Positions 1 to 12,854 of a stretch of DNA of 64,000 nucleotides are shown here, in pieces. The stretch spans positions 20,225,237 to 20,289,236 of the forward strand of contig NC_092672.1 in NCBI RefSeq assembly GCF_964355755.1, given 5' to 3'. Each line of letters begins with the position of its first letter. Position 1 is the stretch's first letter. Position numbers and translations under genes: made by a program. Under the pieces are notes generated by a model that saw nothing but the letters and a program-made list of their open reading frames with translations, did no database searches and was not told where the DNA came from. The DNA comes from Antedon mediterranea. Taxonomy: Eukaryota > Animalia > Echinodermata.

Positions 1-444
1 AGTAGTCTCCATCTATCTATATATAATAGATATTTAGTAGGTATGGAATATAAGTTAAATGCAGTTTGTTAATAGGTTATAGATATCTGTTGTCTATCTA
101 TTATAAGTAGACAGTTGATAGATAATACAAAACTGTATTACTCATAGATTTCTAATAGACTTGTAGTAGTCTCCATCTATCTATATATAATAGATATTTA
201 GTAGGTATGGAATATAAGTTAAATGTAGTTTGTTAATAGGTTATAGATAGCTGTTGTCTATCTATTATAAATAGACAGTTGATAGATAATACAAAACTGT
301 GTTACTCATAGATTTCTAATAGATTTGTAGTAGTCTCCATCTATCTATATATAATAGATATTTAGTAGGTATGGAATATAAGTTAAATGTAAAATGTAAA
401 ATGTAGTTTGTTAATAGATTATAGATAGCCGTTGTCTATATATT
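1..444. repeat. Tandem repeat, 164-bp unit, ~2.7 copies (runs off window start)
   Basis: AGTAGTCTCCATCTATCTAT recurs at 1, 165 and 329; a degenerate related copy lies near 2080-2290. Confidence 0.9.
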
Positions 445-669
445 AGTGCGTGTGTATAACAATTGTTACACCCAAATTCCCGCTTCTTTTTTGCAGCAGC
501 AGCAGCAGGCACGATGCAGATGATCAGAGAAAAAAGGAGCATTCGCTTGTTGTAGGCCTTTTCGATCAGACCATGAATGTTTATTTATACACAATGTCAG
601 TTTAGTGGTAAGTGAATCAATCCATATCTTTACATTTTATTTGTTAAAGTTAAAGTGTTCCTTTTTGAT

Positions 670-1130
670 AGGCTAGAAGCTAGGCTAGTAGGCCTCTAGT
701 AGGCTCTATAACCTAGCCAGGCCTGTATTAGTTAGTAGGCCTAGGCTAGGGTAGGCCCTAGCCTAGGCCTAGTCTTTTTTAAATTGCACTAGGCATTTTT
801 CATTCAAGTTATAATTATAATAGCCTAGCCTAGGCCTAATATACTTTATAGCCTAGGCTTATAGGCCTACTACTAGTTAGCCTAGGCCCTACATTGCCTG
901 TTTGTTGTTCAAAAAACATTTATTTATTCAACAATGGCATTATACAGTATAATATAATTATAGGTGTGTACATAAATGAAAACATAGTAATAAGCCACAA
1001 GTTGTAGGCCTACTTCCCAGGGTTCAATTATAAAATAGATTTTTTAGTTTATAATATTAATACTAAATAGTTATACTGGGCTGCCTAGGCCTATTATCAG
1101 TTTGTTAATAGGCCTAAGCCTAGTCTATTA
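670..1130. repeat. Low-complexity TAGGCCTA/CTAGG-rich tract
   Basis: Dense overlapping TAGGCCTA, AGCCTAG and CTAGGC words. Confidence 0.6.
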
Positions 1131-1340
1131 ATAGGTTATTATTATACATATTTTTAAACACAGTAGGTTTCATTTATTACCATAAATATAATTTAATACT
1201 ACCGCAAAACATAGATAAACTCACATTATTTTCGCCCGTTGAGTAAATGTATATTTTTACTTTACAACAAACAAACTTGACGGGTTGTTTGTTGGTATAT
1301 TTATTACTCCATTGTGTTGGTTCAGAGGATGTTTTTCTTA

Positions 1341-1989
1341 CGCACCTGCCTTTCTTGTATTTTGACTCCAAATTTGTTGACTAACTTTATCCTGAACACC
1401 ACACTTTAAAATTAGGACTTATAAGTACTTTCAGAAGAAGAAACACATAATAACAAATAAATAAATCCTTTAAATTGATGATTTTACAGATGTGTTTCTT
1501 TGTATACTGTAATGTAACTCCTCGAGCTCCCCATGCTCAATGTTTTTGTTTCTATGGAGCGCCAAAAGAGCAACAATAATAGTACAAGTATAAAAACAGA
1601 AAGAAAACGAAACAAAAAAACTTATCATGATTTTTAAATTAAAATTTATTTGCCAGTATTTATTTCTTCGTACTTGCATGAGTATACTATTATCATTACA
1701 ATTTTAATTTTACATTGTTCCATCCACACTGTAGATGGACTCCACAGAGTTTTCAGCCCTCTATATAATTGTTGCTCTTTTGACGTTCCATAGAAACAAA
1801 AACATTGAACATGGCCCATGGGGTACTGTACTGTAGGCTAGTCATTTTGTGTGCGAGAAAAACGTCTGTAAAATCATCCATTTAAAAATGTATTTGTTAC
1901 TTTTTATGTGATTCTTTTTCATGAAAGTGCCAATTCTAAGGTGTGGTATTCAGAATAAATGTTGGGAGTTAAAATACAAGGCAGGTGCG
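1341..1989. mobile_element. Old foldback/MITE-like element with ~230-250-bp imperfect inverted arms
   Basis: CGCACCTGCC (1341) pairs with GGCAGGTGCG (1980-1989); CAATGTTTTTGTTTCTATGGA (~1538) pairs with TCCATAGAAACAAAAACATTG (~1788); no clear TSD. Confidence 0.65.
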
Positions 1990-2532
1990 AAAGATAAATA
2001 TTTGTAATCTAGGTGTTGGGTCTTAGCTTTCGTGATCTTAGGTCTTAGGGGGTCTTAGCTTTCGTGACACCCATTGTAAGTATGCAGTTGATAGATATTA
2101 CAACTGTGATATTAATAATAGATTTCTAATGCAGTATCTAGGCCTAGAGGCCTAGGTCATCTAGCTATATCTACTGTATCTATTTGTAATAATTCTTAGT
2201 AGGCCTAAGTATATAAAATAAATAGTTTATTAATAGTTACTGGCTATTATCAGTTTGTTTATAGTCTGTTAATAGGTTACTGGTAGGTAGCCCTTGTATA
2301 GCAAAATTCAAATGGCATATTCAACAAAAAAATGTTTAAACAATTATTTTTTCAGAGAGACGATCTTTAACCTATACTAGTACAAATTTGATGGTCAAGT
2401 GCAAAGATGATTAATTTATGGTGAAGTGTGCTTTTGCGTAATTAATTTTTCATGTCAATAGTGACAATATTTGGTGCATTTCTTATTGTCTGGTCTAATT
2501 CCATTCAGGAATTGTTTTGAATTTTGAAGTTT

Positions 2533-3112
2533 AAATAAAATGTATACTGTATATTTGGATACTGTGTCTTGTTTCATTTGATAAGTCTAGATTGTTACAA
2601 AAGTGATGAGTGTTGCTCTGTTGCTCGGTATTCTTCCTGTCACATGTCCAACTGAGTTCAAACATGTGCAATGTTATGGTTAAGATATTAAGGTTTACAA
2701 ATACTGTACTATCTTAATTTTTTGTTAAATAAATTTATAAAATGTATACTGTATATTTGGTTACTAATGTCTTGTTTCACTTAATAAGTCTAAATTGTTA
2801 CAAAAGTAACTGTTGTTGTTGTTTGGTATTCTTCCTTTTACATGTCCAGCTGAGTTAAAACATGTGCAATGTTATGGTTAAGATATTAAGGTTTACAAAT
2901 AATGTACTATCTTAATTTTTTGTTAAATAAATTTATAAAATGTATACTGTATATTTGGTTACTAATGTCTTGTTTCACTTAATAAGTCTAAATTGTTACA
3001 AAAGTAACTGTTGTTGTTTGGTATTCTTCCTTTTACATGTCCAACTGAGTTAAAATATGTGCTTAAAGTTTTCGGACTCGCATATGTATGGACAAGATTA
3101 AGGTTTACAAAT
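2533..3112. repeat. Tandem repeat, ~200-bp unit, 3 copies
   Basis: AATGTATACTGTATATTTGG at 2539, 2741 and 2939. Confidence 0.9.
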
Positions 3113-3261
3113 ACGGGAAAAAAATTAATTTGTTATTTTTTTAATCATTATACATTTGTTATTTGCCAATAAGATGAATTATTGTTCTGTATCTGTATTT
3201 TAGCCAGAAAAGATTAGATTTTTAATTTCTGTAGATTTTAAGTATCTAAATTAACAGTAGT

Positions 3262-4450
3262 TAATTTATGTAGATTTTTAATAGCCAATTTATATGTAGA
3301 TTTTTAATAGCCCAATAATATCTATATGTAGATTGTTAATAGCCCAATAATAGTTATATGTAGATTTTTAATAGTCCAATAATATCTATATGTAGATTGT
3401 TAATAGCCCAATAATAGTTATATGTAGATTTTTAATAGCCAATTATTTAGTAGATTTTTAATAGCCAAATAATGTAGATATTTAATAGCCCAATAATAGC
3501 CAATTTATGTAGATTTTGAATAGCCAAATAATGTAGATTTTTAATATCCCAATAGTCGCCAATTTATGTAGATTTTAATAGTCCAATAATAGCCAAATAA
3601 TGTAGATTTTTAATAGCCCAATAATAGCCAAATAATGTAGATTTTTAGTAGACAAATAATAGCCAAATAATGTAGATTTTTAGTAGACAAATAATAGCCA
3701 TTTTTAAGTAGATTTTTAACAGCCCAATAATAGCCAAATAGTGTAGATTTTTAATAGCCCAATAATAGCCAAATAATGTAAATTTTTAGTAGACAAATAA
3801 TAGCCATTTTTAAGTAGATTTTTAATAGACCAATAATAGCCAAATAATGTAGATTTTTAGTAGACAAATAATAGCCATTTTTAAGTAGATTTTTAATAGA
3901 CCAATAATATCCAAATAATGTAGATTTTTAGTAGACAAATAATAGCCATTTTTATGTAGATTTTTAATAGCCCAATAATAGCCAAATAATGTAGATTTTT
4001 AGTAGACAAATAATAGCCATTTTTATGTAGATTTTTAATAGCCCAATAATAGTCAAATAATGTAGATTTTTAGTAGACAAATAATAGCCATTTTTATGTA
4101 AATTTTTAATAGCCCAATAATAGCCAAATAATGTAGATTTTTAGTAGACAAATAATAGCCATTTTTAAGTAGATTTTTAATAGCCCAATAATAGGCAAAT
4201 AATGTAGATTTTTAGTAGCTGAATAATAGCCAATTATTTAGTAGATTTTTAATAGTATATTAATAGCCAAATAATGTAGATTTTAAGTAGACAAATTATA
4301 GCCATTTTATGTAGATTTTTAATTGCCAAATAATAGCCAATTTATACAGATTTTTAATAGCCCAATAATAGTCATTAATTAGTAGATTTTTAATAGCCCA
4401 TAAATAGCAAATTAATGTAGATTTTTAAAAGCCAAATAATAGCCAATTAA
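3262..4450. repeat. Minisatellite, ~35-bp unit with alternating variants (~70-bp higher-order dimer)
   Basis: TGTAGATTTTTAATAGCCCAATAATAGCCAAATAA alternates with TGTAGATTTTTAGTAGACAAATAATAGCCATTTTT. Confidence 0.9.
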
Positions 4451-4699
4451 GAATCCATTCTAGATAGATTATTGGTAGTCTAATAATAGTTGTATTTAGT
4501 AGGTGTCGCCTACTAATATCATCGCGAAATATGCTAATGAGGCAAAAATCTACTAACGACTATAAAAAATCTATCAAATATCTATCTACTAGTAGGTGAT
4601 AAATAAGCGACAGCTCTATATCTACTAAGCCGGATAGACTATAAGGCTAACCGCTATAGAGCTATAACTACTAAGACTTTTTGTTATGGGTCTTTATGA

Positions 4700-4900
4700 C
4701 GTTATCCAAATTCCTTCACTTGCACTGATGAAGGGCTAGTGTTGCCCGAAAGCTCTGCTAACTTTTCTGGCTGTTTACTTTATTGTTTTGATTTAGCTTT
4801 TCGCTTTTTATTTTTGTATCTCCATTGAGATCCAGCCACTGATACCCACAGCATTGTCATTTTTTTCAGTAATTTGCCTTTGGATTTAATCTGCTTCTTT
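4700..4900 (+). mobile_element. Probable Penelope-like pseudo-LTR fragment hosting the hammerhead
   Basis: Minimal hammerhead followed by a T-rich tract, as typical for PLE pLTRs; no ORF; boundaries approximate. Confidence 0.45.
4720..4760 (+). ncRNA. Minimal type-I hammerhead ribozyme of the Penelope-like-element class
   Basis: GCA-CTGATGA(4725-4731)-A-GGGC-tagtgtt-GCCC-GAAA(4748-4751)-GC-TC-TGC: intact core, 4-bp stem II, palindromic AGCT in place of stem III, GCA/TGC stem I. Confidence 0.75.
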
Positions 4901-5152
4901 GTTATCAGGAACAATATCGGAATAATTTTATTTTCCGTACCACCGTTCGCACAATAATTATCACTGAAAACATTTTGTAAAATTGTATAGCGCCACTACA
5001 CGCTTATTTGGTAAAATCATGAGCGCGCAAGAGCAGAGACAAACATCCCTTTTGCATATGCATGAGACTCTGTGACGACACGCTTTAACGTGACGTCATT
5101 TTACTTTAGCTGCATGCGAAGAAGTAGTCTAGTTCGCCGTGGCGCAGCTATT

Positions 5153-5517
5153 AACAAGGCCAACAGCCATTAAGTCGCGTGCTACAATGCATAGTGTTAC
5201 CAGACCGACAGACCGTCAGACCGACAGATCGACCGACCGACCGACCGACCGACCGACCGACCGACCGACCGACCGACCGACCGACCGACCGACCGACCGA
5301 CCGACCGACCGACCGACCGACCGACCGACCGACCGACCGACCGACCGACCGACCGACCGACCGACCGACCGACCGACCGACCGACCGACCGACCGACCGA
5401 CCGACCGACCGACCGACCGACCGACCGACCGACCGACCGACCGACCGACCGACCGACCGACCGACCGACCGACCGACCGACCGACCGACCGACCGACCGA
5501 CCGACCGACCGACCGAC
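5153..5517 (-). mobile_element. DINE-1/HINE-like non-autonomous Helentron 3' part with expanded microsatellite
   Basis: Reverse strand reads (GGTC)n...CACTATGCATTGTAGCACGCGACTTAATGGCTGTTGGCCTTGTT, nearly the same as the short copy at 39976-40075. Confidence 0.7.
5231..5517. repeat. Perfect (GACC)n microsatellite, ~71 units
   Basis: Uninterrupted GACC run; source of the PTDR/SVGR pseudo-ORFs. Confidence 0.98.
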
Positions 5518-6578
5518 TTGAACAATTTAATGACGTCAGAATATATTATGTAACTATGTAAAAATATCTAAAAAATATAAATTACATAAATATGTCAAGT
5601 TTGGTTTCAAATCATAACTTATGACATGTAAAATACCTCTAACATGAGAAAAATATAATTTCACAATATAATGACGTTATCAAAGCCACACCCATTATAT
5701 ATTACATAACTTTGTGGGAAAATTTAAGAAATCAAATTAATATGGCATGTTTGGTATTAAATTAAAGCTGACATGTACAAAACCATGGAACTATATAAAA
5801 TATAATTTGAACAATATAAAGACGCCATTATCTTAAGCCACACCCATTATATAAATATATTACATAGCCTATGTAAATACGTGAACGTGATTGGTTGAAA
5901 CTGCGTCACATGACTACCGCTGCGAGGATCGTAAATCGTATATATCCTTGAGGATATGATATTGACGATGATATTGACTGAGTAATTTTCGCGTATTTTT
6001 CGTGTCCCCTGTCATTAAACATATAAATTCTCGAGTTCGATGATATTGACTGTGTAATTTTTGTGTGGCAACACTCACGTTTGCCGATAAATAAACAAAA
6101 GTCATCTTGAACTCGGGTGGAATTGTCACTCCATCGCAAGACAACGCTTCAACCGCTGCGCCACGGAACTTGCTTGAAGAAATTAATCTTCTAAACTATT
6201 TAAGCGATGCATACATCGCCCTCATTTGTTATTAGTCCACCCTAAAAGTGATGAAACACCAGTTGTGATTGGTCAATAGTCACGGTAGTTAATCTAGTAA
6301 CTAGTACGCGCTTAACATCCGGTGAAGAGAAGAAGACGAATTGTTTATTCGGCCTACCTGAATATAATAATAGGCTTATTGATGGAAATTCTTCTGTTAA
6401 TTTAAACGACCTAGGCCTACAGTAAGTGAATATTTTATTGCCAAGGAATTAGTAATTATCTGTATATTATTCTTCGCAAGGTAAGGTGTCTAGGCAGGCT
6501 TGTTTAAATACAATACAAATACTATAGGAGGCCTAGCCTAGCTTCACCCAACCCAGCAGACTTGTTCTTGGCTATATA

Positions 6579-6720
6579 ATATAACAGATATTGCCTTTTA
6601 TATTGGTTAAATATAAGATTTAAGTTCTCGGGGAATATATATTTCATCGAACTTAATATCATTCCCTCGGGGATGTCAAATCTTATATTTAACCTCTAAG
6701 CAGTCAATATCTGTATAATA
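6579..6720. mobile_element. ~140-bp palindromic MITE-like element
   Basis: ACAGATATTG/CAATATCTGT and GGTTAAATATAAGATTT/AAATCTTATATTTAACC inverted pairs. Confidence 0.6.
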
Positions 6721-6724
6721 TTAC

Positions 6725-7378
6725 TGTAATATAATGTTGCGTTGTTGAGGTACTAATGAAGACTCTGACTCGCTTGACTGTCGTAACACATATATTGTTT
6801 ATTCAGTATAATACTTCAGTACAATATACAACTATAAGTATAGATAAGGAACGGAGGATCAATGATGCTGTCGGTGAGGTGTGAAGTGTGTAGGTCTGCT
6901 TCTGAAGAAGTGGCTGTGAGGTGTGTGCTCCGTGAGGTGGCTGTAAGGTGTGTGCTCCGTGAGGTGGCTGTAAGGTGTGTGCTCCGTGAGGTGGCTGTAA
7001 GGTGTGTCTGGGCTCTTCTGAAACTTGGGGGTATATTAGCTCAGTTCATTTGCATAATGTCATTACATCATTTATGGAGCTAATGATTGGTCCTAAGTTG
7101 ATCCAGGGGTGTTTAAGTGGGAATGATTGATCTTATCTGGGGAGGTTACAATGATGAATTGGCCCTGTCGAATCTCTGCTAAAAACTGTCAATATCTAAT
7201 TGTTTTACGATGGGAACAGTCACAAAGTTATTCTTTAGGGATTCTATTATAAACTAAATGGTCATTAAAACATCTGGACAAACTCTCCTCTGGACTTTCT
7301 GGGTCAAGTTTGTGAACTTATTTAAATTCTGATACAAAGGTCAATTTCTTAAATATAAAAGTATATCGTTATATTACA
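6725..7378 (-). mobile_element. Solo LTR (654 bp), probably Gypsy-type, with internal 27-bp minisatellite (~6907-7007)
   Basis: TG...CA ends with 10-bp inverted repeat TGTAATATAA/TTATATTACA; 4-bp TSD TTAC at 6721-6724 and 7379-7382; AATAAA on minus strand near 6800. Confidence 0.75.
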
Positions 7379-7417
7379 TTACATAACTTTCAAAATGTTG
7401 AACTACTGTAGATCATA

Positions 7418-7547
7418 AGCTCTGTCTACCACTATCAAACTTTATGTGAGAAATAAATGTGATCTGCACATATATGGTGATAACGATATTTGGGCATAGA
7501 GCACACTTTTTATGTCAAACTTATGTAGTGATAGTGTAGACATAGCT
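7418..7547. mobile_element. 130-bp MITE, PIF/Harbinger-like ends
   Basis: AGCTCTGTCTAC-CACTATCA pairs with TGATAGTGTAGACATAGCT; TA/TAA flanks. Confidence 0.7.
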
Positions 7548-9177
7548 TAAGATTGAGCAACATGACAGAAAGACAAACCGCAACAGGCACAGAACATGAT
7601 TCTTAAACCGCCCGGTGATATGCTGAAATTTGATTAATTAATTTGAAACAATAAAGATGAGGAAACATAAGAATATTTAAATTACAAATAAATAAATTGA
7701 TTGATTTGTCCTTAGGACACTCAAATCTTAAAATATTACATTAACATTAATTCTCTAAACATTTTAAAAATTCTATAAAAATGATATTTAATATAATGTT
7801 GTTTTACTCTTACTTTGTTCTATATTTATTTTTGTACTGCATGTTTGTGTCTTTGTTGTGTGTTTGAAATTTAGTTTTGAAATATATGAGAAACCCTTTC
7901 AGATTCTGAAATATTTAAAGTTATTGGTGAACTCTACACAGTAGGCACATTGTAAATAAACTATAGAAATTGATACCAAGAACTATGTTTATCCTCATTC
8001 TTTTAGAGAATCAAGACAGATTTTGTGGATTCATTTATTTCAAGATGGATTTACTCAATAATCCTCATTATGGGATTATTTTAAAAATATGTTAGCACTG
8101 TTAAAATAAACAAACCAAGTTCACAAGAAGAAAATGTTGGGAATGAAATAATAAGATTAAATTTGGGTTATGGCTGGTAGATGGTATACATTACAAAAAT
8201 AATAAATAGTAAACTGAATCAACAAATTAAACTTGTATAAATGATGGCAAATACTCACAATAAAAGCTTAAAAAATGTTTGCTCATTTGACTGGCACATA
8301 ATTAGTATGTTATGTTCAGGCCTAATTTATCTAATTTTCTTTAGTACCGTACTTGACTACAGTCGGTATAACATAGTATAATAGCAATAATTCATGTTAT
8401 TCTTTCAATGAATGTGAACATACTGTCTGTTATTATTTCATAGATCCTAAATGTATATCAAAGCAATGCTGAAAATTAGTATTATACCGTATTGTTTTTG
8501 TTATACATATATTAAGTTTTAATTGATTAATTTTATTAGATATATTTTTGACACAGCAAAATAATATGATTGTAAAAAAGTGATGTTATAATTACACTGT
8601 CAATTGTGTATAAAACAGAAATGCCTACACACAAACACACACTAATCAGTAGGCCTAAATGATTATAAACAAGTATGGCTATTACAAGTTGGAGTGGTGT
8701 AATTGAATAGTGAAAACCTGTTATTAACAGCTACAACACAATTTGAAATTTAAAATAAATTTTCCAGATTTATAATTGCACTGTACAATAATACTATAAA
8801 ATTATTCAAAATATGTAGGATGAAGGTTTATTTTAAAATAGCTTTTACATTCTGCCCAATTATTTCAAAATAAAATTGATTATAGATGATACAGTTAGTA
8901 TTATCTGTTTAATATTTCAGAATTCAAGTATACCTTGATCATGAGCATAAGCATAGTTTATACAAACAATACATTTTACAATGCTTTATAGAAATAATCA
9001 TTTAAAGTTGATTGTTAGTTATTAGAAAAATATCTTTCAACATTGAAAACAAAGTAATAAACTGTTATCAATTAAGGATATTTATTTACAAGATTATTAG
9101 TCATTTTTTTGTTTAGATATTAAGGAATAAGATGTACATGTTTTGTAACTTTGTTTATTATTTAATATTTTCAATAG

Positions 9178-9276
9178 GATGGCACTACAGCGTTGATATA
9201 TGCTGCTGTTGTAGGTAATGCAACCATCTGCCATCAACTTATTGATGGTGGAGCTGATATTAACCTACAAGATAAG
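9178..9276 (+). CDS. Internal exon encoding one ankyrin repeat (DGTTALIYAAVVGNATICHQLIDGGADINLQDK)
   Basis: 99 bp, phase 0-0; T-rich acceptor TTTTCAATAG and donor GTAAGT; ANK consensus G-x-TAL...G...L...GADIN. Confidence 0.9.
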
Positions 9277-9399
9277 GTAAGTAATACACACATTTTTAAA
9301 ATAAAATTATTGAACCTTCAGTGAAACAAATCAATGAATTGAAACTATTGTTTTAGAATTTATATGCTACCACCACTATAACTTTAGGAAAATCATATA

Positions 9400-9652
9400 T
9401 TATCTCTTAGTGTACGTGAATTCTGTAATCCGATTGGTCAATATATGAGATATAATTCCGGATTACGCCCATTTACTCAGTCAAGTGGATCAGAAGGGCA
9501 ATATATCCCGTATTACCTGTTTGATGTTTCTACGCGCGCGGTGTTTATGTATTGTATTTTTGTCGTTGAGCGCATGCGTAGTTGTGATTTCAACCATCGA
9601 ATATGAACCAGTCTCTTGTCCAATTGCTTATAATGTGTACACTAAGAGATAA
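9400..9652. mobile_element. ~250-bp non-autonomous element with 16-bp terminal inverted repeats
   Basis: TTATCTCTTAGTGTAC ... GTACACTAAGAGATAA; CpG-rich interior; no clear TSD, family uncertain. Confidence 0.6.
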
Positions 9653-11498
9653 AATCTTTGCACCCTATAATAACACAATACTGGTGTGTGTACTGTATAT
9701 AGGTCAATATAGAAATGATGTAATAACTTATTTTCTTCTCACATAAAACATTTTACAAATTCTCAAAATATTCTGTTTAAACTTGCAATCAAATTTTTGT
9801 ATTAAGAAAATGTATACTTCAAGTTACTTGTTTACAACATTAATATGTGTATTCAATAATATACACATTTATTTTCCATAATTCGTTACCGAATGCTGCT
9901 TTAGAAATAAAGTGTGAAATGAATTTTACAGCACAGTTTTTAAATATTTTTGCTATTGATTATTATAATTTAACTACTATACTGTAAAATAAAAAATGCT
10001 GATAGCATACACCTAATCATCAAAGTTTGTACAGTTAAATGGTATCAAAGTCAGTATGTTTTTATAAATTGATAACATTCAATAGAATGCTCATAACACA
10101 AACTTTATTCTTTTGAATATTTAACTGTATTTTAGTATTAGGCAGGTTAGATAACAGGAATAACATTTGTTAATATAAGTTTTAAAAAAAAATGTACATT
10201 TTAAAAAAAGGTTGTGAATATGAATCATGTCTATCATCAACCTCCACCTTGATTCCTTTGCTCTTTATATTTTAAGGATATTTCTAGATTAAAATGATAT
10301 ATCTATGCTGAAATGAAAGGTTGTGAAGATTACTTTTGGTAGAAGGGCTCTTCTTACCTAAAATTAGAGCAAATACATAAGGCCATAACACCAATATTAT
10401 GACAAAATATATATTACATATACGCACACATATATTATACAAAATTTCATAATTTTGGTGGTATATTGTTCTGTATAATGTTGAAGATTCTAAGTTCTTT
10501 AAATTTAACCAATGGCAGCATATCATAGTTAAAATTATTTGAGTTGCTCTTACAGCCTTGTGTTAAATGTTTGTTGGAACCATTGTTATAATTTGAAATC
10601 TGTCGGTTTATGAACCAAATCCAAGCCTATTAAATTCTATTGGCTTGCTACTCATATATCTTCGTAATTTTTTAATTAAATTTAGCCATTAGGCCTTTCC
10701 ACAATCTCTACAACATTCTAATTTTTATGGACTAATTAAAATGCAGTATTATTATTATTTGAATTTTCGAAATCTACAGTATTCTAGCTAATCTTGGTTT
10801 ATTTAAAACGGATTGTAAATTGCTAAAAGATCACATAACCAAAAAAAACTTGTAATTTTTATTTTTTGGTGTTAAACAGTTTATGAGAAAAAATTGCCTT
10901 ACTTGAAGCGTAACAGTATTGTGGTTATAATCAAGAAATTGCAAATTTCAAGGCAATTAAATTACTTTACACTGATAAAGGTACACACAAGTGTAGCCAA
11001 CAATTCTTGAGTAAGCTACATTTTAATTTCTACATAATGCATTGCTCTATAGTTCTAAATAAACCTCGCTCTTCAATATTAGTTTGAATTATACTAGATT
11101 GTTTGGTCTATAAATGAAAGGAAAACAATTTCTTATACAGTAGTTTTCATTAATTCATTTATTTTTAATCCCATGAATTATTAAACAGATAATTACATAC
11201 ATCTATTATGTATTTTTGTTTATGTGCATAGTAGGATAGATAATAAGCAGCACTTAGCACAATCAATTGATTGTCTACAAGATTCCAATTGTACAACTCT
11301 GTCAATAACCAATGCTAATTACATATAATTCAAGCATTCAATTTGTTATCAAACAATAGATAACAAATTTAATACATAGCAAAGCAGAATTGTTTCTATG
11401 AATTAAAATGTACCACATGTATAGTAATGAACACAATGATGATGAAAACAATTATGAAGTATTATATCAAGAAGATATATACTGTCACACTTTGTAAT

Positions 11499-11970
11499 AA
11501 ATCAAATCAAATCAAATCAAATCTTTATTCGTTCCATATATACTAAATTGTACATGGAAAAATTGTTTTCCTCGATAGAAAAATATGGTAAAACATTCAT
11601 AATTACATCATACATAGAACAAATTTACAATTTAAAAACATTAATTAAAACATCCATCAACAGTAAAACTTTAAAATATATATTACATGTGCGCTATTAT
11701 GGTCTAACAATCTTTGAGTTAAAAATATGAGTTGAATTTGGTACAAAAGACAGTCGATTTCTTGACGTATCAGCTCTAAAAGCCCGTAACCGGCCTGACT
11801 TGTTCTTTAAAAATCTCATATGTAATGGATGTTTCTTATCTTCTAAAATTTTACTTAATTTACTTAGGACCTGTTTTTCATGAAGATATTTTAAATCATT
11901 AACCGTACAACCAATTATATTTGATGCTATCTTAGTAATTCTAATTTTGTTTGCATGGTCACTCACTACG
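11499..11970 (-). mobile_element. 5'-truncated Rex/Babar-like LINE 3' end with (ATTTG)n tail
   Basis: ORF 11697-11966 has the C-terminal HPLH...SGRLR...SFVP motif; AATAAA then ATTTG repeats on minus strand. Confidence 0.8.
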
Positions 11971-12056
11971 CTATAAGATCATAGAGGTAATAATTGCATT
12001 TAGCCTAACTGTGGAATAGCTTTGTGTCACATAATACAACTATTCTATTGATCAGG

Positions 12057-12849
12057 TTTTTAGTCGCGTGGAAGCGACTCTAAAGTTCACTATGTCGGTC
12101 TGTCTGTCGGTCGGTATCACTATGCGTTTTATCGCTTTCTGACCTTATCTTGATATCAGTTTAATCTAGCTAAGTCAATTTTTCACAGTATATTCCTTAT
12201 GGCCAGGAATCGATGTGGTTATGTTTTCACGGTGCGCAATAACAAATTACGCGGTCTACGCACGATTTAACGAAATCACGTTTGTAATCATATCTTCACA
12301 ACCATGAATCACAATTAAATAAAATTTGGTACTCATAAATTTCAGGCCATAAATCATCATATGGCAATACAATTACGTGCGTAGCGCATGTAACGCATGC
12401 GTACGCGCGCCTAAAATTTTCAAAATTTATTTTCGATGAAATAAGAGTACGTTTCAGGCAATTTTAAGCGTTTACAAAATTGCCATGAGTCACAAAGCCA
12501 CAAAGTTACGCGCGCACGCGCATTTAAAATTTTAAAATGCGCAAAATTCATTTTTAATCAACTTTCTACGCGTTTCTTGTCATTTTGAGCATGTCAAAAA
12601 TTCCCATACGCGCGCAAATTTTTACGCGCGTGGTGCGCACGTAGCGTTAAATACATATTTTTTTCGTGTGATTTATGTTCTTGCAGCCTTTTCTAATATT
12701 TTTACCATCTTTTAAACAATTTCGACTTAAAATTACGTCATACGAGCACGTCGAATTGGATAATTTTCGCACGTTTTTGATGGAAAAGTTAAAAAATCGT
12801 CAAAATTATGCCTTTTTAGTCGCGTGGACGCGACTATATTTCACTATGT
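12057..12849 (+). mobile_element. Chimeric HINE-like element: DINE-type head plus core shared with the 49.5-64 kb family, ending at a second head (12813-12849)
   Basis: TTTTAGTCGCGTGGAAGCGACT hairpin + CACTATG + GTCY microsatellite; 12500-12812 closely matches e.g. 53075-53390. Confidence 0.7.
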
Positions 12850-12854
12850 GAAAT

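Noticed and set aside
5139-5561. ORFs with PTDR/SVGR repeats
   Set aside because: Translation artefacts of a stop-free (GACC)n microsatellite
6260-6490. Possible promoter and first exon of the ankyrin gene (CCAAT box on minus strand, GTAAG donors near 6422 and 6481)
   Set aside because: Motifs too short and embedded among repeat fragments; needs transcript data
6862-7083. EVAVRCVLR repeat ORF
   Set aside because: 27-bp minisatellite within a solo LTR
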